Shown piece after piece: positions 29,601 through 38,587 of a stretch of DNA of 64,000 bases. The notes under the pieces were generated by a model. The model saw only the letters and a list, made by a program, of their open reading frames with translations, did no database searches and was not told the DNA's origin. Each line of letters starts with the position of its first letter. The stretch's first letter is position 1. The stretch is from an uncultured bacterium (GTDB lineage Bacteria > Desulfobacterota > DSM-4660 > Desulfatiglandales > JALVMZ01). A program made the position numbers and the translations under genes. Location: NCBI GenBank assembly GCA_965613025.1, contig CBFDUE010000005.1, positions 1,950 to 65,949 on the forward strand, given 5' to 3'.

Positions 29601-30093
29601 GATGAAGGCTTATGATTAGCTCAATGGTATCCTGAACCCCTGCAATCTGAACAATGCCAGTAAAGTGATCTTTCAGTCCTTCAAGCATCTCATCTCTAAA
29701 GTAATTCACTCCACAGAAGATAACAGGCACACCATTAAATAGATCCTCATAATATGCCCTTACAAAATGGAATGCATTATCATCTGTTACAATGATAAGA
29801 TTAGGCCTATCAGAGCTATATTTCCTTTTTATAAGCTCTAAGAAGATCTCCAGATATTTAACACCCTTATACCTTTTTGTATCCATATATTCCACTCTCA
29901 GATCCAGCTCCGGAATATGGGATGAAAGGGTGGTTGATATGCTATCCACCAAACCGTCTGTCCAGGGATAGCCCTTGTGATAGGAATTTATGAGTAATAC
30001 CATATATCTTTTCTGTCTTGGAATCTGAGCTTCGGAGACGGAAAGAAAAAGGAAAGAGGATAATATTAATAAAATAAAAAGATACTTCTTCAT
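26695..30093 (-). CDS. Hybrid sensor histidine kinase (periplasmic binding-like domain, 3 PAS, HisKA, HATPase, REC)
   Basis: INSYH.GY.W; GGIAHDFNN; QVVMNL.VNARDAM; FFTTK..G.GTGLGLS; [19 protein letters not shown]. Confidence 0.92.
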   Translation of the reverse strand: MKKYLFILLILSSFLFLSVSEAQIPRQKRYMVLLINSYHKGYPWTDGLVDSISTTLSSHIPELDLRVEYMDTKRYKGVKYLEIFLELIKRKYSSDRPNLIIVTDDNAFHFVRAYYEDLFNGVPVIFCGVNYFRDEMLEGLKDHFTGIVQIAGVQDTIELIISLHPKVRNIVVVHDGTLTGMGYRVQVKKVEKRFPKKRFVYLSGAVLTTDEMLNRLKDLSSDSVVLLCIWVKGKEGRYVSWDRTYPEITAASPVPVYGVVDYMLQYGVVGGKMNSAKIHGSAASMMAVMIYKGKRVRDIPINRKGTATFMFDYRQLKRWDISEKRLPEGSIIFNRPPPTYTFPKEWIWAGAGFIAIISLFIIFLVIERRIRLRSQRELFEREKRYRTLFENSIDAIFLSDEDGNIIDANDAWCKMFGYKREEMEKINLRAICENEEDLDRWKREISEAGFVKDYECRAIRKDGMRMEVVINSIATKDSEGRTIFQNILRDITEQKRLLDALRKSEEKFSKAFRSSPEPICICTLEKGIFMEANDAFFDLFKLKRDEVIGKDLVDVGFWANLEERTSTIEKIQKDGRIINYERSYKRRDEKTIFYIWSAEQIEFEGKICLISILKDVTERKEKEKALRRSEQRIMAVFQANPDPMVVYNTEGIPEYLNPAFESVFGWKIEELKGRRIPFVPNDQVEITRQKIEEIYRTKRPIRMETQRLTKDGRVLDIELSASLVLDEYGNPSGMVVNLRDITERKRLEAQFLQAQKMEAIGRLTGGIAHDFNNILTSIMGFSELSLFKLPQDNPIIGYLQGILDSSKKASTLIRQLLAFSRKEVIQPIILNLNSVLKGMEGMLKRVLGEDIEFVTYFEKGLKNVKLDPSQLEQVVMNLCVNARDAMPEGGRLTIETCNVILDERYAKTHGVEIPTGPYVMMAITDTGSGIDEDIMDKIFDPFFTTKPKGTGTGLGLSTVYGIVKQNKGYIWCYSEKGKGTTFKIYFPAVEEAEDKEREASILIKDLRGTETLLVVEDDDMLREMMIDYLENHGYKVVSARDGIEALKISSEIGEKIDLLVTDVIMPQLGGKELYDRLKAERSTLKCIFISGYPENAIVKHGVLSRGINFIQKPFKLEVLLKLIREVLEKGES

Positions 30094-30289
30094 AATACTA
30101 TGTTTTTACAATATAAACCTTAAATTATTAATTGCAAATTCTTCACAAAAGATTCCAATTTTTTCTCCTTTCAATTCAGTATTATCTCTTAAATATTAAA
30201 TCGGTATACTGTATTAAAATTTTAATTATTGCACGCTAATAGGAATAGTTATTTTTGTCAACCTTTATTATGTCTTGTTTACATTGTAA

Positions 30290-32206
30290 TTATAAACCAT
30301 ATTTTAATGCAAGCATGGTAATATCATCTGATTGTAAACAGCCTTTAGAAAATTCTTTTATACTTTCCAATACTTTCTCTATAAGGCTCTGAGATGTTAA
30401 TCCATTAAATCTTAAGAGGAGTTCTTTTAATCTGGTTTCTGAAAAAAAATCACCTTTTTCATTCATAGCCTCGGTGACTCCATCGGTGTATAGAAAGATG
30501 GTATCTCCTGGCTGTAAAATCATCTCCTTAGAGCTATATCTGATATTCTCCATAACACCTAAGGCCATATCCCCAGTAAGAGGTAAGGTCTCTATCTGTC
30601 CTGCCCTTCTGAGTATAAGAGGGGGATTGTGTCCACCATTAGAGTAAGTCAATTTTCCAGAATTAATATCTAAGATACATAAAAATAGGGTTACAAACAT
30701 AAGAGACGGATTGTTCAGAACAAGATCTTCATTTACTCGCGTAAGGATATTTTCAGGTTCAAGCCCTTGAGTTGCTTTTGCTTTAATTAGGGTCTTTGTA
30801 ACTGACATAAACAGGGCAGCGGGGACCCCTTTATCAGATACATCTCCTATGACCATACAGAGATGATTTTCGTCAATTAAAAAGAAATCGTAAAAATCTC
30901 CTCCCACCTCTCGGGCAGGTTCTAAGACAGCATACAGATCTAACTCCTCTTTTTCAGGAAAGGGGGGAAATCTCTTTGGCAATATCCCCTCCTGGATCTT
31001 GCGAGCAATCTTAAGTTCACTTTCGATCCTCTCTTTTTCAGCCACAGTCTTTGTAAGCTCCTCAATATATCTCTTTAAGGAATCCTGCATATATTGAAAT
31101 GACTCTGCTAAATGTCCTACTTCGTCCTTAGATTTGATGCCGGGAATTTTTGCATTAAGATTCCCCTTTGCAATATTTTCTGTTGCCTTAGAAAGTGCTC
31201 TAATAGGTTTTGTTATTGAACCAGCTATATATATGATTACAATAAAGAGCAGTATAAATCCGATAATGCCTAAAACTAATACCGTTTTATTTAGTCTCTT
31301 TATGTCAGCTAACAGTTCCTCCTTAGGGAATAACACTCCTAAAGACCATCCGCTGGATGGAAGGGGCTCATATACCAACCAACAGTCCTTACCCGTTACC
31401 ATACTCTTTATATCATCATAACCTGAAAGTCCTCTAATCATTCGTCTTCCGATTTCCCTTAGGTGTCTATCATTTCTCTCTTCTGCTAAGGTAAATATGG
31501 TCTCATTCATAATGAGTCTGCTTTCAGGATGGGTAACAAAAGTGCCATTTTGAGTTATAAGAAAACCATAACCTGTCTTTCCAATCTTAATAGACGATAC
31601 AATCTTCTGAAGCCAGGTTAGAGATATATCGGCTGTCACCACTCCCATAAAACGTTTTTTATTTCCAACCCTTTTATAAAAGGGAACTGAATAGGTGGTC
31701 ATTATGGTATTTCCACCGCCCACATCGTAATAGGGTTCTGACCAGACTGCTCTATCTAATATCTTGGGAATTTGATACCAGTCGTGATGGAAGTAGTCAT
31801 ATTGAATGAAGGTAAAGTCAATCTGATTGCCTGTTTTAAAAAAGTAAGGTGCAAATCTTTTAAAATTTTTATGTCTCTTATAGGGCTCAAATGCAATGGT
31901 AGCTCCAAATATATCAGAGTTGTTTTTGACAACTGTCCTTAAAAGTTCCATTAACTCACTATCATCACAGCTAAGATCTTCAATAAAGGATGCCAGATTA
32001 TATGGCACCATCTCTACTGATCTTAGCACTGTCTCAATTCGATTTACGGTGGAAAGCGCAAGGTTTCTGGCATTGGTTTCAATATTCTTTTTTATGATCT
32101 TGCGAGAAAAGATATAGTTGTAAAAATACACAGCGAAAAATATCAGTGTTACACTGCTCAATACCAAGACAGAAAGTCTTAATGCCAGGCCTTTACCGAT
32201 TTTCAT
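30290..32206 (-). CDS. Cache-HAMP-SpoIIE (PP2C) sensor phosphatase
   Basis: Two TM helices, Cache (DWY..P....WSEPYYD), HAMP (ITKPI..L...DEVG.LA), VGGDFYD, GDVSDKG, YTDGVTEA, SDDIT. Confidence 0.92.
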   Translation of the reverse strand: MKIGKGLALRLSVLVLSSVTLIFFAVYFYNYIFSRKIIKKNIETNARNLALSTVNRIETVLRSVEMVPYNLASFIEDLSCDDSELMELLRTVVKNNSDIFGATIAFEPYKRHKNFKRFAPYFFKTGNQIDFTFIQYDYFHHDWYQIPKILDRAVWSEPYYDVGGGNTIMTTYSVPFYKRVGNKKRFMGVVTADISLTWLQKIVSSIKIGKTGYGFLITQNGTFVTHPESRLIMNETIFTLAEERNDRHLREIGRRMIRGLSGYDDIKSMVTGKDCWLVYEPLPSSGWSLGVLFPKEELLADIKRLNKTVLVLGIIGFILLFIVIIYIAGSITKPIRALSKATENIAKGNLNAKIPGIKSKDEVGHLAESFQYMQDSLKRYIEELTKTVAEKERIESELKIARKIQEGILPKRFPPFPEKEELDLYAVLEPAREVGGDFYDFFLIDENHLCMVIGDVSDKGVPAALFMSVTKTLIKAKATQGLEPENILTRVNEDLVLNNPSLMFVTLFLCILDINSGKLTYSNGGHNPPLILRRAGQIETLPLTGDMALGVMENIRYSSKEMILQPGDTIFLYTDGVTEAMNEKGDFFSETRLKELLLRFNGLTSQSLIEKVLESIKEFSKGCLQSDDITMLALKYGL

Positions 32207-33182
32207 AGTCTATTACCGAAAAGTAGAAATGCTCATACTTAGGGATATTGTCTATTAGACCATTTTCTTTTAATAGCCTTGCAACCCTAAGATAGTCTTC
32301 CTTTTTTAAGACCCCCATCTTTGTATCTAACCCCTGAGTAAGTATGAGGTCTTTCATCCTCTCTAACATCCATCTCTGATGCACTCTGTTTGCAGGTATA
32401 TGAACCCTTTTAAGATTCTTTAATATGACATCCAATGTCTCTTCAGGATGGGTAAAGGCGTAATTCCATCCTTCAATAGAGGCCTTCACAAAGGCTTTGC
32501 AAAGCATAGGATCACTTTTAAACTTATCTTCTAAGGTGTATATGCCATCTTCAGGGAAATTTAGTCCATAGTCATAGAAAAAGAATGTGGAAAGCTCCTC
32601 TGGATCTACCCCCGCCATCAATATGGTATGATATTCATTATACCACATGGCAGATGCCACATCCACCCCTCCCCGCAAAAAGAGATTAACCGAATATGAT
32701 TGTCTGACAGGTATAACCCTTATATTATATTTTTTAAAAAAGGCCTTTGGCTGAACCTGAAAAAGAGGCCCCCAAAGCCCCACCTTTTTTCCATCCATAT
32801 CCTTTGGCCGTTTTATACCAGATGACTTTTTGGCAACAAGCATGAGAGCAGACTTTTGAATGATCTGGGCGATATTTACAAGTCTCACTCCTTCAGCTCT
32901 CATCTTTATTGCGGTTGAAAGCCAGAGAGTGGCAAAGTCAGCCTTTCTTTCTTTGAGGAACACATCAGAGGGTCTCTCTGGCCCACCATCTATTATGGTA
33001 AGGTCTATACCATGCCTCTTGTATATCCCTTTGTGTAATGCCATGTAATACCCGGCAAATTGTGCCTGTGGAACCCACTGTGGAATAAATGTGGCCTTCT
33101 TTAATGTCTTTGCTCCAATATTTGAACATTGAAAAAGGATAGTAAGACATATAATAAAGATATAATAATTTAGCTTAGCCAT
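32193..33182 (-). CDS. NMT1/THI5-like substrate-binding protein
   Basis: Signal peptide; QW.PQAQFAGYY.A..KG.Y...G.D, V..F..AS..GW.YA..HPEE. Start at ATG 33182. Confidence 0.85.
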   Translation of the reverse strand: MAKLNYYIFIICLTILFQCSNIGAKTLKKATFIPQWVPQAQFAGYYMALHKGIYKRHGIDLTIIDGGPERPSDVFLKERKADFATLWLSTAIKMRAEGVRLVNIAQIIQKSALMLVAKKSSGIKRPKDMDGKKVGLWGPLFQVQPKAFFKKYNIRVIPVRQSYSVNLFLRGGVDVASAMWYNEYHTILMAGVDPEELSTFFFYDYGLNFPEDGIYTLEDKFKSDPMLCKAFVKASIEGWNYAFTHPEETLDVILKNLKRVHIPANRVHQRWMLERMKDLILTQGLDTKMGVLKKEDYLRVARLLKENGLIDNIPKYEHFYFSVIDYENR

Positions 33183-33588
33183 TATCTTTAAAGACAATAA
33201 GTTTAAGAATGTTTTTATCACCTTCCCTTTTGTAATTGATCTCATCCACCATCTTTTTCATAAGATATATTCCAAGCCCCCCAATCTTTCTGCTATCCAT
33301 ATCAGATTCTGTATCTGGATCGTGTATAAGTCTTGGATCAAAGGGGATGCCACTATCCCTTATTTCAAAAATGACTCTTCCTATATCACCTCTATAACAT
33401 CTAAGTTCAACCTCTCCCCTTTTTTCTGGGTATGCATATTTAAATATGTTTACAAGTGCCTCTTCAACGGCTACCATAAGTCTCTCTGTCTTTTTCAGAT
33501 TCAGTCCATGCTCTTTTGCACACTCTCTTGCACACGCATTGAATTTTTCAAGATTTTCAAGGCTTGCACTTAGCCTTATTGACTTCAT
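33175..33588 (-). CDS. RsbW-like anti-sigma factor / Ser kinase
   Basis: VEEALVNI..YAY, I.D.GIPFDP, IGGLGIYLM..MVD...Y.R....N.L. Confidence 0.9.
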   Translation of the reverse strand: MKSIRLSASLENLEKFNACARECAKEHGLNLKKTERLMVAVEEALVNIFKYAYPEKRGEVELRCYRGDIGRVIFEIRDSGIPFDPRLIHDPDTESDMDSRKIGGLGIYLMKKMVDEINYKREGDKNILKLIVFKDNG

Positions 33589-33595
33589 GGAATCC

Positions 33596-33931
33596 TTATT
33601 TGAGATTGGAAAGTGCCGATTCAACTGAATCATAGACAGGGATTATCTTTGTAAACCCTGATATATCAAATACCTCTTTTACCACATCTCTGAGTGAGGC
33701 AAGAAAGAGCTTTCCTTGTTCTGACTTAAGTCTCTTTGATGCTGAAAGCACGCTTCTAAGCCCTGCACTGCTGATATATTCAAGTAAGCTGAAATCTAAA
33801 ATAAAATTCTTATTACCTTCAGATATTAATCTATCCATTTCTCTATCAAATTCAGGCGAACTTATGGCATCCATCCTTCCCGTTAAAGATACGACTACAG
33901 TATTACCTTGCTTCGTGACGTTTATCTCCAT
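33596..33931 (-). CDS. STAS domain anti-anti-sigma factor
   Basis: GRMDA, LDFS.LEYISSAGLR (phospho-Ser site), V.EVF.ISGF. Confidence 0.92.
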   Translation of the reverse strand: MEINVTKQGNTVVVSLTGRMDAISSPEFDREMDRLISEGNKNFILDFSLLEYISSAGLRSVLSASKRLKSEQGKLFLASLRDVVKEVFDISGFTKIIPVYDSVESALSNLK

Positions 33932-33950
33932 ATTTTCACCCCCATAGCTT

Positions 33951-34997
33951 TTAAGGTGATCGGTTTTTATAAATCTCTTCCCACTCCCTTTTTACCATTG
34001 AAAGGAGTCTTTTATCTCGTTCATGGTAAATTTTTATGGAATCCCAATTGGGAAAGTCTAATAGCCTCTGCATAAGCAACCCATCTGTATCAAACCATCT
34101 GGGAAGCAATCCTCCAAAGAAATATCCTCTCTTTCTCAATATCTCAATCCCCCAACCAATCCAGGGATAAGTAAGATTACACCAGGCTTGGATAACCTTT
34201 GCTCCTCTTTTTAATACCTTATCTTCCACAATACCAAATTCTCTTTCAAAGTCTCTTCCCATATCCCATATGGCAATCCTGGCAACCTGAGCAAAGTCAA
34301 AATACTGCTCCTCAATCTTTGTCTTTGCCGATTTAGGAGGAGGCATTACTTCTGAAAAGGATATATCTCTCATATCATCAAATTCAGAATATAGAAAGAT
34401 CGCATTTTCCTTATAGATCTCTGGTATAAAAACGGTGTGTCTTTTGGGTTTAAAGGTTCTGAAACAGAGCATGGTGCTTACCCTGTGCCTTCCTCCCCCT
34501 TCCTTTGAATATACCTCGGCAGGGATTAGATCTATCTCAAATGCCATGGTGATCATATTTCTATTGTGGACCAATTTCTGCGATATTATGTGTCTGCAGA
34601 CTGGTTCTCCATAAACCAGTTCTATATTAAAGAGCTTGGTGGCAACCTCAATGCCATGCTCAAAGAGTTTGGAAAATATACCTTGTCCACCCCTATAAGA
34701 TTTGTGAACCAGACCCGCTCCGGATTCATAGATTCCGCTATAGGGTGCACTGTTAAATAGGGCGTTATGGCCAACTATATCACCCTTTGAAGTCCTGGCC
34801 ACAGAGGAAATTACTCTTCTTTCCCTATTTTCTTTAATCAGCCTTTCAGGATCAATATATGTCTTAATAGGGTATTCCTTTCCATAGACAGATAGAAAAA
34901 GCCTGCATACACCTTCAGCGTCCTCTTCTCTAAAAAGATCCACCTTCCAATCTTGATCTGGCTCTATTATATATTCCACTCTCTGATGCTCTGACAT
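33951..34997 (-). CDS. GNAT-fold protein with C-terminal extension
   Basis: F..VYG.EYP, GDIVGH.AL, E.GAGLV..SYRG.G, C-terminal GYFFGGLLP.W. Confidence 0.6.
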   Translation of the reverse strand: MSEHQRVEYIIEPDQDWKVDLFREEDAEGVCRLFLSVYGKEYPIKTYIDPERLIKENRERRVISSVARTSKGDIVGHNALFNSAPYSGIYESGAGLVHKSYRGGQGIFSKLFEHGIEVATKLFNIELVYGEPVCRHIISQKLVHNRNMITMAFEIDLIPAEVYSKEGGGRHRVSTMLCFRTFKPKRHTVFIPEIYKENAIFLYSEFDDMRDISFSEVMPPPKSAKTKIEEQYFDFAQVARIAIWDMGRDFEREFGIVEDKVLKRGAKVIQAWCNLTYPWIGWGIEILRKRGYFFGGLLPRWFDTDGLLMQRLLDFPNWDSIKIYHERDKRLLSMVKREWEEIYKNRSP

Positions 34998-35006
34998 ATA
35001 TTCCCC

Positions 35007-36077
35007 CTATCTATTCCACCAGCCTATTCTGTCTATATCTCTGTATATCACATCAGCAATTACCTTCATACCCTTTTTGTTTAAATGGAATATATCTAAG
35101 AATAATTCATATCTATTTTGATGTCCATGTATAGGGGAATAGACATCTATTAGAGGGAGATTTAGTCTCTTTGGAAGGATTTCAGAAAACAGTGTAATCA
35201 TAAAAATATCATATTTGCCCCTTTCCTCCCAGATTTTCCTCCAATTGGATTGGATGGTATCAAGAGCCCTTGCATCTTTGTCATCTATATCAGGATCAAT
35301 GGCATAGGGTAGATTGATAATAGCGACCTTAGTTCCCATCTTTATGGCATCTTCAACAATAATCTTGAAGTTTTCTTCAATTGATGAAACACATTCTTTA
35401 AGTTTATATTCCTCATCCAACCTGGGGAAACCCTTTCTCTCTGTTGCGCTTCTCCTTATGAGGTAGTATGCACAGAACCTTCCCAAGATCTTATTCCACC
35501 ACGGGCTTTTTCTTTCAAGTGCCATTACAAATTCCCAGGGCCAGGGAGTCCCGGGTTTCCATTTTGAGCCCATCATCCATGCCTGGGTTATATCATTTCC
35601 TCCTATCTCAATTAAAAGGATATCGGGTTTGATTTTACGCAGTTCCCTCTCCCATAAGATCCTGTGTTGAAATGAATTGTATGTAGGATTTCCTGCATTA
35701 ATTATCTCCCATTCATGTCTTCCTTCTCGTTCAAGGATCTTTTGAAGCCTTATGGACCAGAGATATTTCTCTTTTAGCAGCTTTACCCCAAAGAATGTGG
35801 ACTCACCTATAAGTAGTAGCCTCTTCTTTTCACCATCTGGAGCTGGCTCAGGCCCCCTGCATCTAAATCTGTTTATATTTATGAGGGGATGGTGAAAGTT
35901 CTTCTTTAATACCCAATATAGAGGTGGATCGGTCTTTTCCAAAAATCTACTATATGGATATTCGCCAATTATCTTTGAATGAAAAGGAACACCAAAATGT
36001 ATGCGATGATAGATCCGTGAGGCCAATTCAATCCCTGCTACAGATCCAGCAAAACCAAGAAGCATATAATCTATCAT
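35007..36077 (-). CDS. SGNH/GDSL hydrolase family protein
   Basis: GESTFFG (block I), INAG.P.YNS (II), GGND (III), D.FHL (V). Confidence 0.8.
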   Translation of the reverse strand: MIDYMLLGFAGSVAGIELASRIYHRIHFGVPFHSKIIGEYPYSRFLEKTDPPLYWVLKKNFHHPLININRFRCRGPEPAPDGEKKRLLLIGESTFFGVKLLKEKYLWSIRLQKILEREGRHEWEIINAGNPTYNSFQHRILWERELRKIKPDILLIEIGGNDITQAWMMGSKWKPGTPWPWEFVMALERKSPWWNKILGRFCAYYLIRRSATERKGFPRLDEEYKLKECVSSIEENFKIIVEDAIKMGTKVAIINLPYAIDPDIDDKDARALDTIQSNWRKIWEERGKYDIFMITLFSEILPKRLNLPLIDVYSPIHGHQNRYELFLDIFHLNKKGMKVIADVIYRDIDRIGWWNR

Positions 36078-37270
36078 CTCTCTTTCCCTTTTAAATAGAA
36101 TACCAAAAAGGCAGATAATATAGCCATAATTGAACAGAAATAAAACAATGAATTAAAACCCATTTTTGTAACAATTGGCCCTCCTATAAAAGGCCCAAGG
36201 AAGAATCCACCCTGAAACATCTGAAGCCCTAAGTTCATATTGAATGCTCTAAAGCGGTAAGATGAGATATCAAACATCAATCCATTAAACACAGGCATTG
36301 CAATTCCCCATCCAAGCCCAAGTGTCAGACCCATGCCGTAAAATGATATTTTTCCCCTCACATGTGCAAGAAGAAGATAGGAGGCAGCGACTATAAACAT
36401 GGTAAAAGATGCTAAAAGAGGTTTATTCATCCTGTCAAAAAGGGAACCTGCTCCCAACCTTATGGCTATCTCTCCTCCAGTTGCAAGGCTCATAAAAAGC
36501 CCTGTAGCTGGAATGCCTATACTTCTTCCATAGCCATCTAAGAAAAAGAATACAATTGCATGGGTGCTGTAAAACAGAAGCATGGAAAGAAGCAGAGCCA
36601 TTATCCTCAATTCCTTGAGATCATTAAGTATCTCTTCCCAACTGAGTATGGATCTGTTAATTGAATCAGGTTTTTGTTCTGTCTCAGGAGTATGTATCCA
36701 TCTTAGCATAAAGATTACTAATAAAGTGATAAATGAAAATCCAAGCAGAGTATTAGTAAATCCACCACTTACCTTATCCATTAGTGGAAGAATAGGCGGT
36801 ATTATGGTATTTGGTATAAGGATTATAATTGACAGAAGGCCAAAAGCCTGGGCACTTCTGCCTTTGGGAATATAGTCAACAGTTAAGACCATTAGGGCAG
36901 TTCCTAAGATCACAAATGCAATACCATGCAAGGTGCGAACAATTAAAATTCCACCAAGACCAGAGACCATTTTATAGGATGCAAGGGTTAATATTACAAA
37001 AACTGTGCCTAAGTTAAGATAGAGTCTTACATTGCGGGCATGGATGAATGCACTGATTACAGGCCTAAAAAGGAGAGAAGCTCCGCTAAATATGGCTATT
37101 ATCAGACCAAACCATTTAGGATCAATTGGAAGGGTTCGCAGATATTCATAAAATTCAAAAAATACTGAGATATTTGAATATGCAATAAAGGTTACAAGAA
37201 ATATTAAAAGCAGTTCTCTGTTCCATAATCCATTTTCGCTTTTAGGTCTATTGTGGCCTCTATTATTCAT
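36074..37270 (-). CDS. MFS transporter
   Basis: 398 aa with about 12 hydrophobic segments; R.LHG, G.L.DR motifs. Confidence 0.85.
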   Translation of the reverse strand: MNNRGHNRPKSENGLWNRELLLIFLVTFIAYSNISVFFEFYEYLRTLPIDPKWFGLIIAIFSGASLLFRPVISAFIHARNVRLYLNLGTVFVILTLASYKMVSGLGGILIVRTLHGIAFVILGTALMVLTVDYIPKGRSAQAFGLLSIIILIPNTIIPPILPLMDKVSGGFTNTLLGFSFITLLVIFMLRWIHTPETEQKPDSINRSILSWEEILNDLKELRIMALLLSMLLFYSTHAIVFFFLDGYGRSIGIPATGLFMSLATGGEIAIRLGAGSLFDRMNKPLLASFTMFIVAASYLLLAHVRGKISFYGMGLTLGLGWGIAMPVFNGLMFDISSYRFRAFNMNLGLQMFQGGFFLGPFIGGPIVTKMGFNSLFYFCSIMAILSAFLVFYLKGKER

Positions 37271-38111
37271 CTTTATAGTTAATTAAACGCATGAGAAGGT
37301 TACAGGCCACCTCTTTCCTATACCAGGCACTTGCACGAATATCATCAATGGGACGGATAACTTTTTTCACCTGTTCTGAGGCCCTATTTAGCATTTCAAT
37401 TGAAAGTCTATTACCAATAAGGAGACTTTCTACATCATGGCTTCTTATAACAGTGGGTCCCACACTCCCCCATGAAAATCTGGCATCTTCCACAACACCT
37501 TCAGCAGAGAGTCTAAGCAGGGCACAGAAGCTCACAATAGAGATTGAAAGTGCCTTTCTTTTCCCCACCTTTTCAAAATGATGGATATTGAATCCATATG
37601 CCTTTGGTATCAGAATGCCTGTAAGTATCTCTCCATTTTTTAATTGCGTCTTTCCTGGGCCTTTAATGAATTGATCTATGGGAAGCTGTCTTTTGGAATT
37701 TGATGTATGTAATTCCAGTTGGGCTTCAAGCACATACAGGGGAGGGAGAGTATCGCCAGCAGGGGATGCAGTTACAATATTTCCTCCAATGGTTCCCATA
37801 TTTCTTATCTGAGGTGATCCAAGCACCTCTATAGCCCTGATTAATACAGGGAAATTAGTATTAATTATATCTGATCTCAATATATCCGAATGGCTTACTC
37901 CTGCTCCGATAAATACCTTATCGCCTCTATCTTCAATGACCTTGAGCTCTTCTATCTTTTCTAAACATACCATAGGCCCCACTTTTATAATCCCTTTTCT
38001 AAGCTTAACTAAAAGGTCAGTTCCACCTGCATAGATTAAGGCATCTGGGACATGCTCTATCACTTCCCATAATTCCTTTAGACTATGGGGCATAAAGAGA
38101 CTGTCTTTCAT
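37263..38111 (-). CDS. Xanthine dehydrogenase-family FAD-binding (medium) subunit
   Basis: AGGTDL, GSPQIRN.GTIGGN..TASPAGD, PIDDIRAS..YR. Confidence 0.92.
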   Translation of the reverse strand: MKDSLFMPHSLKELWEVIEHVPDALIYAGGTDLLVKLRKGIIKVGPMVCLEKIEELKVIEDRGDKVFIGAGVSHSDILRSDIINTNFPVLIRAIEVLGSPQIRNMGTIGGNIVTASPAGDTLPPLYVLEAQLELHTSNSKRQLPIDQFIKGPGKTQLKNGEILTGILIPKAYGFNIHHFEKVGKRKALSISIVSFCALLRLSAEGVVEDARFSWGSVGPTVIRSHDVESLLIGNRLSIEMLNRASEQVKKVIRPIDDIRASAWYRKEVACNLLMRLINYKDE

Positions 38112-38587
38112 TTTAGATTATCTTGCCTTTTGGTCTTTATATATGCTGCTTCAATTGCATCCACAATCTTTTGATAACCTGTGCATCTACAGAGATTTCC
38201 ACTTATACCCTTTCTGATCTCATCCCTTGTAAGCTCTGGATTATTCTTCAGCAGGTAAAGTGCTTCCATAATCATACCAGGGGTGCAAAATCCGCATTGA
38301 ATTGCCCCCTTTTCTATAAATGCCTCCTGTATGGGATGAAGACTGTCTTCAGAGCCAATCCCTTCAATGGTTGTCACCTCTCTTCCATGCAATTGGGGTG
38401 CAAGCATAAGGCAGGATAGCTTTGATCTTCCATCTACAAGGATCGTGCATGCTCCGCACTCCCCTTCACCACACCCCTCCTTAGTGCCTGTAAGAGCAAG
38501 ATCTTCCCTTAATACATCTATCACCCTTTTAAATGGGGATACCTCTAACTCTACCTCTTTTCCATTTAAGATAAACTTGACCTTCAA
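38108..38587 (-). CDS. Xanthine dehydrogenase-family 2x[2Fe-2S] (small) subunit
   Basis: GTKEGCGEGECGACT, QCGFCTPG, NLCRCTGY. Confidence 0.94.
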   Translation of the reverse strand: MKVKFILNGKEVELEVSPFKRVIDVLREDLALTGTKEGCGEGECGACTILVDGRSKLSCLMLAPQLHGREVTTIEGIGSEDSLHPIQEAFIEKGAIQCGFCTPGMIMEALYLLKNNPELTRDEIRKGISGNLCRCTGYQKIVDAIEAAYIKTKRQDNLK

